A stretch of DNA of 64,000 bases, from positions 65,197 to 129,196 of the forward strand of contig DYGT01000001.1 of NCBI GenBank assembly GCA_020724555.1, read 5' to 3'. Position numbers and translations under genes: made by a program. A model generated the notes under the pieces. The model searched no databases and was not told where the DNA came from. It was given only the letters and a program-made list of their open reading frames with translations. Numbering within the stretch: position 1 is the first letter of the stretch; each line of letters starts with the position of its first letter. The DNA comes from Candidatus Microgenomatus sp. Lineage in GTDB: Bacteria; Patescibacteriota; Microgenomatia; UBA8517. Shown piece by piece: positions 1-8,939 of this stretch.

Positions 1-47
1 AGCCAATTGTAGCCCAAAAACGGTATAATTTGAAGGAAGATCTTTTG

Positions 48-121
48 TACCAGGGGTGGGAGTCGAACCCACGACCTTCGGTTTATGAATCCGATGCTCT
101 AACCAACTGAGCTACCCTGGC
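48..121 (-). tRNA. tRNA-Met (anticodon CAT); could alternatively be the lysidine-modified Ile2 (CAU) species
   Basis: The reverse complement folds as a cloverleaf: GCCAGGG-TA-GCTC/AGTTGGTTA/GAGC-A-TCGGA/TTCATAA/ACCGA-AGGTC-GTGGG/TTCGACT/CCCAC-CCCTGGT-A. The pairs are G1.U72 wobble plus an A31.A39 mismatch. No CCA is encoded. Confidence 0.8.
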
Positions 122-193
122 GAGTGTAATGAGAGAGGGCTAAGCTTTGCTTACCCTGGCTTACCCTCGTATTCTACCATAATAACTAAAAAA

Positions 194-217
194 AGCGCCC
201 CCGACGAGGCGCTTTTC
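194..217 (-). terminator. Intrinsic terminator: 6-bp GC stem (AGCGCC/GGCGCT) with a T-run on the minus strand, and a shorter T-run on the plus strand too (bidirectional)
   Basis: Seen directly: the hairpin agcgcc-cccgacga-ggcgct is followed by ttttttt on the minus strand. It lies immediately downstream of the tRNA at 225-294. Confidence 0.6.
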
Positions 218-224
218 GACTTTG

Positions 225-294
225 TTGCGGAGCCGGGGGTTGAACCCGGCCTGCGAGATTATGAGCCTCGCGTGCAGCCGTACACTACTCCGCA
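225..294 (-). tRNA. tRNA-Met (anticodon CAT), short D-loop; either the elongator/initiator species or tRNA-Ile2(CAU)
   Basis: Reverse complement: TGCGGAG-TA-GTGT/ACGGCT/GCAC-G-CGAGG/CTCATAA/TCTCG-CAGG-CCGGG/TTCAACC/CCCGG-CTCCGCA-A. The acceptor stem is fully paired, the anticodon loop is CU-CAU-AA, and the length is 70 nt. Confidence 0.75.
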
Positions 295-391
295 TGTAAA
301 GACTATTATAAACCATTACCTCAAATTCGCAAATCAGCGGCCTTAAATTATCAACTCATAACGCTAGCCGTTATTAAAAGATTTTATTTTT

Positions 392-796
392 TTAGAGAAA
401 AAGTTCAAGCCAAGCTTCCCAGTTACGAAGCGGGCGCATTTCTTCGTCTGGTTTTTGGGTTCTGGGTGATAAACGGCGAAGCACATCTTCCTGGGGCAGC
501 ACAAGCACTACTTCGCCTTCGTGTACTAAATTAAGCTTATCGTGCGCTTCTTTATCCAGATATTGCCTACTTTGAATCATCTCCAGATCTTCTTTTAATT
601 GATCCTGAATCTCGTTTAGCTCAGTTAATTGATTTTTTGCAGATATTATTTGTTGCCGGGCATTTTTAATTTTAATTATATTTCTGCCAAGCGATAAACC
701 CATAACAATAAATATAAAAAGCAGAAATAGAGTTGATAAAGAACCAATTTTATGCTTAAAGTTTGGGAATTTTTGGATTAAATTTGAGTGACCCAT
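392..796 (-). CDS. Septum formation initiator-like protein (FtsB/DivIC family)
   Basis: 134 aa with an N-terminal TM helix followed by a coiled coil (ARQQIISAKNQLTELNEIQDQLKEDLEMIQ). This is the typical FtsB/DivIC architecture. Confidence 0.5.
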   Translation of the reverse strand: MGHSNLIQKFPNFKHKIGSLSTLFLLFIFIVMGLSLGRNIIKIKNARQQIISAKNQLTELNEIQDQLKEDLEMIQSRQYLDKEAHDKLNLVHEGEVVLVLPQEDVLRRLSPRTQKPDEEMRPLRNWEAWLELFL

Positions 797-945
797 AATT
801 TTTTAAACACCTCTTTAATATTTTACCACGCCATTTCAGCTTATTTATAAAAAAATTAAATATTAAAAATTTAATATCTTATAATATTGACCAATTATAA
901 TTTTATGTTATGATATAAGAACTGCCGATACCAAATAATTATAAG

Positions 946-1809
946 ATGTCAAACGAAACTTTTCACACACTTCTGCCTAAATTTATCGAGGATTTAGGAC
1001 AAAAAGGCCGGTCTCCCTCTACAATTCTAGCCTATAAAGCTGACCTTGAGCAGCTTGTCGATTACGCCACGCGCCACAGCAAATCCGAACCGGAACAAAT
1101 GGAGCCAACGGATATCGAAGCTTTCCGTGACTACCTTTTAACACAAAACTATACACCCAAAACAGTCTCGCGAAAACTTAATGCCATCAAAACTTTTTAT
1201 CGCTGGCTTATTGACGAAAAATTTATCACCCGCGACCCCTCAAAAGATGTAGGGCACCCAAAAATTGAATCATCTGTGCCAAAATTTTTATCACAGCTTG
1301 AATACCGGGCGCTTCGTGATGTAGTAAGAAGTGACCCCAGGATTGCCGCCATTATCGAGCTTATTCTTCAAACGGGCATGCGTATTTCGGAAGTAGCCAA
1401 CCTTAAGCGCTACAACATAGAAGAAGACCGTCTGACAATTGAAGCGCATGCTACCCAGCCCGGGCGCAAGGTGGAACTAAACGAAGCTGCGAGAAATGCC
1501 ATAAACGAATATCTGGAAGTGCGGCCTAAAGCTGAATCTGAATTTTTGTTTGTCAGCAAAAACGGCAAGCCACTGGCCGTTAGAAATATCCGAGCAGCCA
1601 TCGACCGCTATATGGAAAAAGCCGGTATGCCCCAATACTCAGTCAACGACATCCGCACAACTTTTATCGTCGAAAACTTAAAGCGTGGCGTCGATTTGGT
1701 AACGGTTTCACAAGCAGCTGGCCACAAACGCCTATCCACCACAGAGCGGTATTTGGAGCTCGCGGACATCAAAGAGCCCGGTAAAGAGCAAAAACTCGAA
1801 GAGCTTTAA
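946..1809 (+). CDS. Tyrosine site-specific recombinase/integrase (XerC/XerD-like)
   Basis: N-terminal SAM-like core-binding domain (AYKADLEQL...FRDYL). The C-terminal catalytic region carries the His-Arg motif and the catalytic Tyr (AGHKRLSTTERYLEL). The gene is flanked by tRNA genes. Confidence 0.8.
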   Translation: MSNETFHTLLPKFIEDLGQKGRSPSTILAYKADLEQLVDYATRHSKSEPEQMEPTDIEAFRDYLLTQNYTPKTVSRKLNAIKTFYRWLIDEKFITRDPSKDVGHPKIESSVPKFLSQLEYRALRDVVRSDPRIAAIIELILQTGMRISEVANLKRYNIEEDRLTIEAHATQPGRKVELNEAARNAINEYLEVRPKAESEFLFVSKNGKPLAVRNIRAAIDRYMEKAGMPQYSVNDIRTTFIVENLKRGVDLVTVSQAAGHKRLSTTERYLELADIKEPGKEQKLEEL

Positions 1810-1917
1810 ACTTCATATTAGTGGATGTACATCGGCGGTCTTGTGGGCCAGGATGGATTCAAACCATCGACTTCCAACTTACGTTAACTAATTGTTAACG
1901 CACCAAAATGGAGTTTG

Positions 1918-1990
1918 TGGATGTGCATGGATTTGAACCATGGACCCCCGACTTATAAGATCGGTGCTCTAACCGCTGAGCTACACATCC
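1918..1990 (-). tRNA. tRNA-Ile with anticodon TAT (UAU, reads AUA)
   Basis: Reverse complement: GGATGTG-TA-GCTC/AGCGGTTA/GAGC-A-CCGAT/CTTATAA/GTCGG-GGGTC-CATGG/TTCAAAT/CCATG-CACATCC-A. It is a perfect 73-nt cloverleaf with anticodon loop CU-UAU-AA. Confidence 0.75.
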
Positions 1991-2042
1991 ATTTTGGTGT
2001 AAGATTGACAGAGGTATAATATTTTACCAAACCGAAGCTATT

Positions 2043-4364
2043 TTATTTAAATTTATTCCTTCTGTCTATCTCTGCCTCAACTTGCCTTACGTCACGCCCA
2101 TATTTAAGCCTGCTCATTTCTTTTATTATCTCTGCCACTTTCGGGTTTCCTTTCTTCGCAATCTCGTTTAAATCCATAGTCAAATCCATACTAAACGGCG
2201 GCACAGGTTCGTTATTGACGATGGTTTTTATATAAACATTATAGCGCTCAATGTTTAACAAATCCTCCTCACTAAAAGTAGGAGCATATTCGTGCGTTAA
2301 ATAACTTGCATCATTAACACCCACACGGTAGGAAATCAAAGTACCCACGTTTCCGAAAACTGCGTTTTTAACTTCCTCGTCCACCTGACCAATAAACTGG
2401 TTTGCCACGGTCAGGCTTAACTTGTATTTTCGCGCTTCGGACAAAATTTGGGCAAAATCCGGTGTGGCAAAATTCTGAAACTCGTCAACATATAGATAAA
2501 AATTGCGCCTTTGCTCTTCCGGGATATCTGCCCGACTCATAGCAGCCATTAAGATTCTTGGTACTAAAACCAAGCCCAAAAAACTGCTGTTTTCTTCGCC
2601 AAGCTCTCCTTTGGAAAGATTAATCAGAAGAATCTTTCCCTCATCCATAACGCGTCTGAAGTCAAACGAAGAACGAGATTGCCCCACAATATTGCGGATA
2701 GTCCTATTGCCTACAAAGCGCCCGAATTTAGATACCGTATAATCCAATACTTCGGATTTGTGAAAATCTGAGGTTTGCGCAATCTGATCCTGCCAATAAC
2801 TCCTTACCATTGGATCATGAACATTAGGCAAGAGCTCACGTACAAAATCTGAATTAGTCATAACCCGCATCACTTCAATAAATGTGCCGCCTTCCATTCC
2901 TTGCATAACTGTGAGCATTGCATTTCGCACCCCATGTTCAAACCTGGGTCCCACTATCCCCGTTTTATAAGGATCAAAAAGCTTATACATCATATTAATA
3001 ACGGCTGTGGCTGCAAAATGCTGCTGGTCTTCATTTGCCGCTTCCAAAAGGTTTAAGCCCATGGGCCGCTCGGTATCAGAAGGACGAAAATAAATAACAT
3101 CTTCCACACGGCTTGGGGGCACAAAATTTAAAATATCTTCAACCGCGTCTCCGTGCGGATCCATAAAACAAAGACCATGACCGGCTTCAATATCTTGCCT
3201 AATCATAGATTTTAAAAACTCGCTTTTCCCAGTCCCTGTGCGGCCAATAATATACATATGTCTTTGCCGGTCCGACTCGGAAATAAACACATCCCTGGAA
3301 ACCCCACGGTAGTTGCTTTTCCCCAAAAAAAGTCCTTCCTGAGGAATTTGGGCCGGGGCAGGCGCGGTTTTTGCATTCAGCCAATAAATATGGGGCGTGG
3401 TAATTAATTTATTGGGAAAATGAAAAATGGTCGCCAATTCTTCACTATTTAAAATAGACACCCTACTGCCCAAACGAAACATAGGCTGATAACGGTAAAT
3501 AAAATTGGTTATAAAAGCAGATTTATTGCGAATTTTTTTGCTCCCCAAACTGTTAAGCTCACTATTAAACTGAGAAAAAGCGCTTGTAATATTGGATAAG
3601 TGAGCCTTCGCCATTTCTATGGTTTCAGACACAACTACAACGCGGATATTTGTATCAAATCCAGGTTTGCTTATTTTATTTTCTATCGCTTCCAGGGTTT
3701 TGGCAGGAACTGCGTATTTGGCTTTTTCCGGGTCGGCCTCCTGTTTTTTAGTTGAAGATATAAATGATTTACCTGCACCCTGCCAACTTGATTCAGCGGG
3801 TGATAATAAAATCTGCACAACCGCTGCTTCATCTTTACCCATTTTGGCCATGGCAGACGTTATGGATGCCAAAGGGTCTACCGGTAAATCTTTATAAGTT
3901 TTTAAGGGTAGATAGTTTTCTTTTTTCAGCTCAAGGGCTTTGTAAGCAACTTTACCGGTTTCGTTAAAAATGTTATATTCGTCAACAACACTAATTTTCG
4001 CATCAGGATAAGCCCCATGCACCTGTTTTTCTACCAAATCTCTTAAGGCACCCGTCGTCCAGATATAAAAACGAATGTCCTCAGAGCGGGCGACGATTTC
4101 AAAGGATATGACCGGCTGACTATCAAAACGCATTTTCCATCCGCCTTTTTTTATTGAATAAAGCGAGGCAAACAACTGCTCCATGGCATCAATTTTTATT
4201 TCATTGTTGCGCTGAACTGCAACCAACAACAAAATCCCATCCAAAGAGCGCTCTTCCCTTTTTCTGTTGCGGTAAAGAATAAAAAAATAGTATGCAAATA
4301 AAAAAAACAAAAAAAAGACTATTGTGCCGCCAACTAAAACTGGAATTAATAAATTAATATCCAT
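2043..4364 (-). CDS. virD4: Type IV secretion coupling protein-like ATPase (VirD4/TraD/TrwB family)
   Basis: N-terminal TM helix, then Walker A (IIGRTGTGKSEF) followed about 25 aa later by the TrwB/TraD-type CFMDPHGD motif. There is a Walker B-like YLYVDEFQNF further on. Start chosen at MDINLL (4364), 4 nt after the stop of the upstream ORF; the alternative start is 4397. Confidence 0.65.
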   Translation of the reverse strand: MDINLLIPVLVGGTIVFFLFFLFAYYFFILYRNRKREERSLDGILLLVAVQRNNEIKIDAMEQLFASLYSIKKGGWKMRFDSQPVISFEIVARSEDIRFYIWTTGALRDLVEKQVHGAYPDAKISVVDEYNIFNETGKVAYKALELKKENYLPLKTYKDLPVDPLASITSAMAKMGKDEAAVVQILLSPAESSWQGAGKSFISSTKKQEADPEKAKYAVPAKTLEAIENKISKPGFDTNIRVVVVSETIEMAKAHLSNITSAFSQFNSELNSLGSKKIRNKSAFITNFIYRYQPMFRLGSRVSILNSEELATIFHFPNKLITTPHIYWLNAKTAPAPAQIPQEGLFLGKSNYRGVSRDVFISESDRQRHMYIIGRTGTGKSEFLKSMIRQDIEAGHGLCFMDPHGDAVEDILNFVPPSRVEDVIYFRPSDTERPMGLNLLEAANEDQQHFAATAVINMMYKLFDPYKTGIVGPRFEHGVRNAMLTVMQGMEGGTFIEVMRVMTNSDFVRELLPNVHDPMVRSYWQDQIAQTSDFHKSEVLDYTVSKFGRFVGNRTIRNIVGQSRSSFDFRRVMDEGKILLINLSKGELGEENSSFLGLVLVPRILMAAMSRADIPEEQRRNFYLYVDEFQNFATPDFAQILSEARKYKLSLTVANQFIGQVDEEVKNAVFGNVGTLISYRVGVNDASYLTHEYAPTFSEEDLLNIERYNVYIKTIVNNEPVPPFSMDLTMDLNEIAKKGNPKVAEIIKEMSRLKYGRDVRQVEAEIDRRNKFK

Positions 4365-4368
4365 AAGT

Positions 4369-4704
4369 TTATTTTCCCACAACCGCTTGAAAACCACGCT
4401 TTAATGCCATATGTATCGCTCGAAGGATTGCCACACCGCTCCAAGTACGAGCTTCTGAATCTGAACCCTTTGACCAGGATTTTGCAGTTTTTTCGTCCGC
4501 CGGAACGACAACGATTTTTGCCGGATCCATATTGGCAACGGGATCTGTGGTCTTTGCAATAGTCCGCTTGTCATCAGTTATTGACTGTGCCTGAGCAGGG
4601 CGCGGTGTTATCCCCTGTTCTGCCATAGATTCGGTAACGTCAACAGTTTCCGGGGTAAACTGAATCTTATTGGGTTTGGTATTAATATTTTCGGGCGAGG
4701 ACAT
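4369..4704 (-). CDS. Hypothetical protein, translationally coupled to the coupling-protein gene
   Basis: 111-aa ORF whose stop lies 4 nt before the VirD4-like start. No recognisable domain. Confidence 0.35.
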   Translation of the reverse strand: MSSPENINTKPNKIQFTPETVDVTESMAEQGITPRPAQAQSITDDKRTIAKTTDPVANMDPAKIVVVPADEKTAKSWSKGSDSEARTWSGVAILRAIHMALKRGFQAVVGK

Positions 4705-4718
4705 GTACCCTCATTGTA

Positions 4719-5264
4719 TCACTTTGGCATTCCCTTCCAAGGAGTTTCTTTAATGCCAGCCAAATAATTTTCCAACCTGGCAAAAGTAAACATCATATCA
4801 GACAGGCGGTTCATGAATCTTATAGTTTCAGGTTCCACTTGGGAATTTTGCGCCAGAAAAACAAGGGCCCTTTCAGCCCTTCGCACCAGCGTGCGGGCAT
4901 AATGAAGGTGAGCAGCGATCAAGGTTCCGCCGGGCAAAATAAAATTACTCAAAGGGGTAATAACTTTGTCTATTTGATCAATTTTTTTCTCAAGCACCGC
5001 GGTGTCGCCTTTTTTCAGCTTAAGGTCAGCCCCTGCAAGCTGGGAGTTGATTAAAAACAGTTTTGTTTGGATTGTTATGAGTGAATCAACAAGCTCGCGC
5101 CTTGGATTCAAAGCAATAATTATTCCTAAATAACTATTTAGCTCATCTAATTTTCCTATAGCCTGAAGGCGCGGCTCGCTTTTATAAATTCGCCTTCCCC
5201 GGGTTAATTCTTTAGAAAAAAGAGTGGTTGTACCTTGGTCGCCTTTTTTTGTGTAAATCGGCAT
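4719..5264 (-). CDS. ATP:cob(I)alamin adenosyltransferase, PduO type
   Basis: N-terminus MPIYTKKGDQGTTTL matches the PduO/MMAB family signature. Sits downstream of the B12-dependent RNR. Confidence 0.8.
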   Translation of the reverse strand: MPIYTKKGDQGTTTLFSKELTRGRRIYKSEPRLQAIGKLDELNSYLGIIIALNPRRELVDSLITIQTKLFLINSQLAGADLKLKKGDTAVLEKKIDQIDKVITPLSNFILPGGTLIAAHLHYARTLVRRAERALVFLAQNSQVEPETIRFMNRLSDMMFTFARLENYLAGIKETPWKGMPK

Positions 5265-5270
5265 CTTATT

Positions 5271-7742
5271 TTAACATTCGCTGTGGCCGCAAACATAACA
5301 TTTTGAACACCCCTCCTCGTAAACCAAAGCACTTGCCCCGCAATTCGGGCAGATATCTGCTTTAACCACGCTTTCTTGTAAAAACATATTTTCTTGCGCA
5401 GCCGACACTTCAAGAAGTGGCTCTTGTTTGCTAAAACCGTTTGTATGGCCATTTTTTTGCGTATGTCCATTATCGACAGGAATCTCACCCACATCCTCTT
5501 TTAAATTAAGATGCGTAGATATAGCCACAGCTACGGCATCCGGAAGAGAACGTATACGATTGGCTCCAAAACCCACAGAACGCCGGCCGCCAATGCCAGA
5601 AAGCTGTTTAGCTATTTCAATTGCGCGCTCCCGCGGAGTTAAAGCCCCACGGAAACGGAGTGCGGTTGATACGGTCCTACCCAAAGCTTCTGCCACCGCA
5701 GTGATATCCGAGCCGGCTTTGCCGACGTTAATAAATATTTCTATTGGCTCTCCTTGGGCATTTTCATTAATAGTGATAAAGGCATTGCCCATAGGAGTAT
5801 TCATTTTGTAAGTTGCACCGGTTACTTTTAAAGGGCGCTCGAGCGTGGGTTCATAATTCTCCTCAGCTTCCTGTTTAGGCTTTTGGTCATTTTTTATGCC
5901 CATGTTTAAAACCTGCGCATCTTTACAGCCGTCACGAAAAACGGTAATGCCTTTACAATTATTTTCCCAGGCCAATAAATATGCATCTTTAATATCCTTG
6001 TCTGTCACGGAGTTGCGCATATTAATGGTTTTGCTGACTGCGTTTTCCGTATATTTTTGGAAAGCCGCTTGCATTTTTATATGCCAGTCGTGATGTATCT
6101 CATGTGCTGTACCAAATACGCGCCTCACTCCATCGGGAACCTCGGCTATATCTCTAACCGTTCCGTGTTCGCCAATTTTTCTTTCCAGTTCGGCGTTCCA
6201 AAACCCTTGCTTTTGAGCGATTTCTTTAAACTTCGGGTTTACAAAAGTAAGCGTACGCTCAAGGTGTTTATCTTTAACAATATGCTGGTAGGCTATCGCA
6301 AATATGGGCTCAATTCCGCTACTTGTACCGGCAATTATTGAAATTGTGCCGGTTGGCGCTATGGTAGTTACTGTAGAATTGCGCCGCGGCTTGTCATTTT
6401 TGTAGATACTTATCTCCCACAAAGGGAAAGCACCGCGCTCGCGAGCAAGCTTTTCGCTTTCCGCTACCGCTTCTTTTTGAATTACCTGCATAACTTTTTC
6501 ACCTAAATTCAAAGCTTCGCGCGAATCATAAGCAATCCCCAGATCAATTAACAAATCGGCCCACCCCCCAACACCCAGACCTATCCTTCTAATTGCCAAT
6601 GAGGTACGGCGGATCTGGTCCAAAGGGTACGGATTCATTTCTATAACATTGTCCATAAAACGCACTGCTTGCCTGGTTACTTTTTTAAGTTTATCCCAAT
6701 CAACATCTCGTCCTTCCTTTTTTTCAGTGACAAAATATGACAAAAATATCGAACCTAAATTACACGAATCAAACGGGTACAAAGGTTGTTCACCACAAGG
6801 ATTGGTGGATTCCACCGGACCTAAAGCGGGCACTGGATTCGCAGCACCTTCGTTCATTTTGTCTAAAAATACCAATCCCGGGTCACCCGTTTTCCAAGCG
6901 CTTTCGGCAATTTCATCAAAAATTTTTCTTGCGGACAAAGATCCTGCCACCTTTTTTGTTCTTGGATCTATAAGGTCATAATTTTCATCGTTTTTATAAG
7001 CTTCAATAAAATCGTTGGTTATGGCTACAGATATATTAAAATTAGTTATATCGCCCGTATCCTTGCAGTGGATAAACTCCTCAATATCGGGGTGATCAAC
7101 ACGTAAAATCCCCATGTTAGCTCCTCGCCTTTTGCCGCCTTGTTTTACTTCGTTGGTCGCGGCATCAAAAATCCGCATAAAAGAAACCGGGCCCGAAGCC
7201 GTACCGCTACTGCTTCTCACCATCGAACCTTTGGGCCGCAAACGGGAAAATGAAAAGCCCGTTCCCCCTCCACTTTTATGAATTAACGCCTGGTATTTAA
7301 GCGCATCAAAAATACCTTCTATCGAATCTTCTACAGGAAGGACAAAACAAGCTGAAAATTGAAGCATATTTCCGGTTCCGGCATTCATAAGAGTAGGAGA
7401 ATTCGGTAAAAATTCACGACTGACTAAAAGTTTGTAATATTCCTTGGCGTGGGCTACCACCTCGCGTTTTGTTTGTCCCCACAACGCCTCTGCCGAGGCA
7501 ATTTCCCAAGAAACTCTCCAGCACATATCTTCAGGCGTTTCGACAACCTCTCCTTTTTCATTTTTTTGTAAATACCTTTCCTCTAATACCTTTAAAGCCT
7601 GTTCTGTCCAATTCCCTTGAGGAAGGTTGTTAGGCAGAGGTGGAAGCTCACCGACTATTTTTATAATTTTGGCTTTATTTTCCTCGTAAGAAGCAAATTC
7701 TAAGTTTTCTAATGTAGGTATTTGTTTATTTTTTCTTGGCAT
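5271..7742 (-). CDS. nrdJ: Adenosylcobalamin-dependent ribonucleotide reductase (class II, NrdJ)
   Basis: 823 aa with the RNR active-site motif NPCGEQPL. There is no ATP cone. The C-terminal Cys cluster is CPNCG...CSKCYVCG. Co-operonic with nrdR and the adenosyltransferase. Confidence 0.85.
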   Translation of the reverse strand: MPRKNKQIPTLENLEFASYEENKAKIIKIVGELPPLPNNLPQGNWTEQALKVLEERYLQKNEKGEVVETPEDMCWRVSWEIASAEALWGQTKREVVAHAKEYYKLLVSREFLPNSPTLMNAGTGNMLQFSACFVLPVEDSIEGIFDALKYQALIHKSGGGTGFSFSRLRPKGSMVRSSSGTASGPVSFMRIFDAATNEVKQGGKRRGANMGILRVDHPDIEEFIHCKDTGDITNFNISVAITNDFIEAYKNDENYDLIDPRTKKVAGSLSARKIFDEIAESAWKTGDPGLVFLDKMNEGAANPVPALGPVESTNPCGEQPLYPFDSCNLGSIFLSYFVTEKKEGRDVDWDKLKKVTRQAVRFMDNVIEMNPYPLDQIRRTSLAIRRIGLGVGGWADLLIDLGIAYDSREALNLGEKVMQVIQKEAVAESEKLARERGAFPLWEISIYKNDKPRRNSTVTTIAPTGTISIIAGTSSGIEPIFAIAYQHIVKDKHLERTLTFVNPKFKEIAQKQGFWNAELERKIGEHGTVRDIAEVPDGVRRVFGTAHEIHHDWHIKMQAAFQKYTENAVSKTINMRNSVTDKDIKDAYLLAWENNCKGITVFRDGCKDAQVLNMGIKNDQKPKQEAEENYEPTLERPLKVTGATYKMNTPMGNAFITINENAQGEPIEIFINVGKAGSDITAVAEALGRTVSTALRFRGALTPRERAIEIAKQLSGIGGRRSVGFGANRIRSLPDAVAVAISTHLNLKEDVGEIPVDNGHTQKNGHTNGFSKQEPLLEVSAAQENMFLQESVVKADICPNCGASALVYEEGCSKCYVCGHSEC

Positions 7743-8186
7743 TTATTTACCTTCTATAGCTTTTTCAAAATCTGTCAAAACTTCAAATTCCAAATATACG
7801 CTGGCAAATCTCAACCAGGCTACTCTATCAACTTTTTTAAGTCTCTTCAAGACTGCAGAACCAATTTCTTTTGAAGATACTTCTTCACGCTCATGCCTAA
7901 GCATCTCCCGCTCTACCTGGTCAACTAATTCATTAACGTACTCCAAAGAAATCGGTCTTTTTTCTATGGCCCTTAATACTCCCCTTTTAATTTTTTCGCG
8001 ATCAAAGGGTTCCCGCCGACCGCTTTTTTTTACCACCCATAAAACACTGCCTTTTACCTTTTCGTAGGTGGTAAAGCGTTTCTTGCATTTACTGCATTTT
8101 CTCCGCCTTCTGACGGCATCACCCTCGTCAACCACGCGTGACTCCAGTACTTGTGTATCGATATTAGAACAAAAAGGACATTTCAT
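7743..8186 (-). CDS. nrdR: Transcriptional repressor NrdR
   Basis: MKCPFCSNIDTQVLESR...CSKCKKRFTTYE gives the zinc ribbon, and it is followed by an ATP-cone. Confidence 0.9.
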   Translation of the reverse strand: MKCPFCSNIDTQVLESRVVDEGDAVRRRRKCSKCKKRFTTYEKVKGSVLWVVKKSGRREPFDREKIKRGVLRAIEKRPISLEYVNELVDQVEREMLRHEREEVSSKEIGSAVLKRLKKVDRVAWLRFASVYLEFEVLTDFEKAIEGK

Positions 8187-8202
8187 GTATGAAACAAAAA
8201 AA

Positions 8203-8248
8203 CACTACTAACAGTGACAGTATTTATACTCTAACACTAAATGTAGTA
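8203..8248. promoter_or_regulatory. Two tandem NrdR-box-like palindromes with centres 32 bp apart, upstream of nrdR-nrdJ
   Basis: CACTACTAACAGTG at 8203-8216 is an inverted repeat CACT..AGTG. CACTAAATGTAGTA at 8235-8248 matches the NrdR-box consensus acaCwAtATaTwGtgt at about 10-11 of 14 positions. The 32-bp spacing is typical of tandem NrdR boxes. Confidence 0.45.
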
Positions 8249-8279
8249 TGTCAACCAGATAATAATCACTCAAACCATA

Positions 8280-8900
8280 TCAATTTTTAAAAGGGTTGGG
8301 TGGAGGGGTTTTTCCACTTTCATTTAATAGCTGTGTCGTTTTTTCGTAAACCATTCTTGCATAGTCGTTTATCTGATTAACAATTGGCTGAGCATCTTCC
8401 GGAGATGAACTGCGCAAATCTTCAAGCACTTGCCAGTGTTTTAGAGACGCAACAGCCAAAGTGTAGGCAAATTCTTCAACACTCACTCCCTCTTCCTTTG
8501 CCTTTATCATATAATTATAACTATTTTCTAAATACATTCCGGATTTTTTGGCAGCCGCTACTCCGCTTTCGTAATCCCCTTTGCGGTACATGACAATACT
8601 TGACCCAAGCCGTTTGTCTGCTAAAAGAAGCGACGCTTCGGCCTTACTCAATGAATTTTGTTTAAACAAAAGCAGTACTCTGTCGCGTACAACCTTTATC
8701 GGCCAAAGAATGCTATTGGGGTGAATATTCCCAGGATAAGGCAAATTATAATCAACTTTATTTATCACTTTTGTCGCAGTCACATTCGGCAAATACTGAA
8801 AATCGTACTGCAAAGATGAGGCTTTATAAACAGATGTGAACAAAATTGCCAAAGCAAAAAATAAAAAAACAGGTACGGCAATTATGCGGGCCATCAGCAA
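8280..8900 (-). CDS. Hypothetical secreted/membrane-anchored protein
   Basis: 206 aa with an N-terminal hydrophobic signal/anchor. No recognisable domain. Confidence 0.5.
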   Translation of the reverse strand: MLMARIIAVPVFLFFALAILFTSVYKASSLQYDFQYLPNVTATKVINKVDYNLPYPGNIHPNSILWPIKVVRDRVLLLFKQNSLSKAEASLLLADKRLGSSIVMYRKGDYESGVAAAKKSGMYLENSYNYMIKAKEEGVSVEEFAYTLAVASLKHWQVLEDLRSSSPEDAQPIVNQINDYARMVYEKTTQLLNESGKTPPPNPFKN

Positions 8901-8939
8901 TCAAATGCTAAACCATAAAACCCACACAGTCAACCTAAA

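Noticed and set aside
1838-1905. Possible fourth tRNA between the integrase and tRNA-Ile (T-arm-like GATGG-TTTGAAT-CCATC)
   Set aside because: No 5' acceptor strand complementary to CTGGCCC. The only 7-nt-loop hairpin (GTTAA/CAATTAG/TTAAC) lacks U33. It does not fold as a tRNA in either orientation. It is kept only as a possible att remnant.
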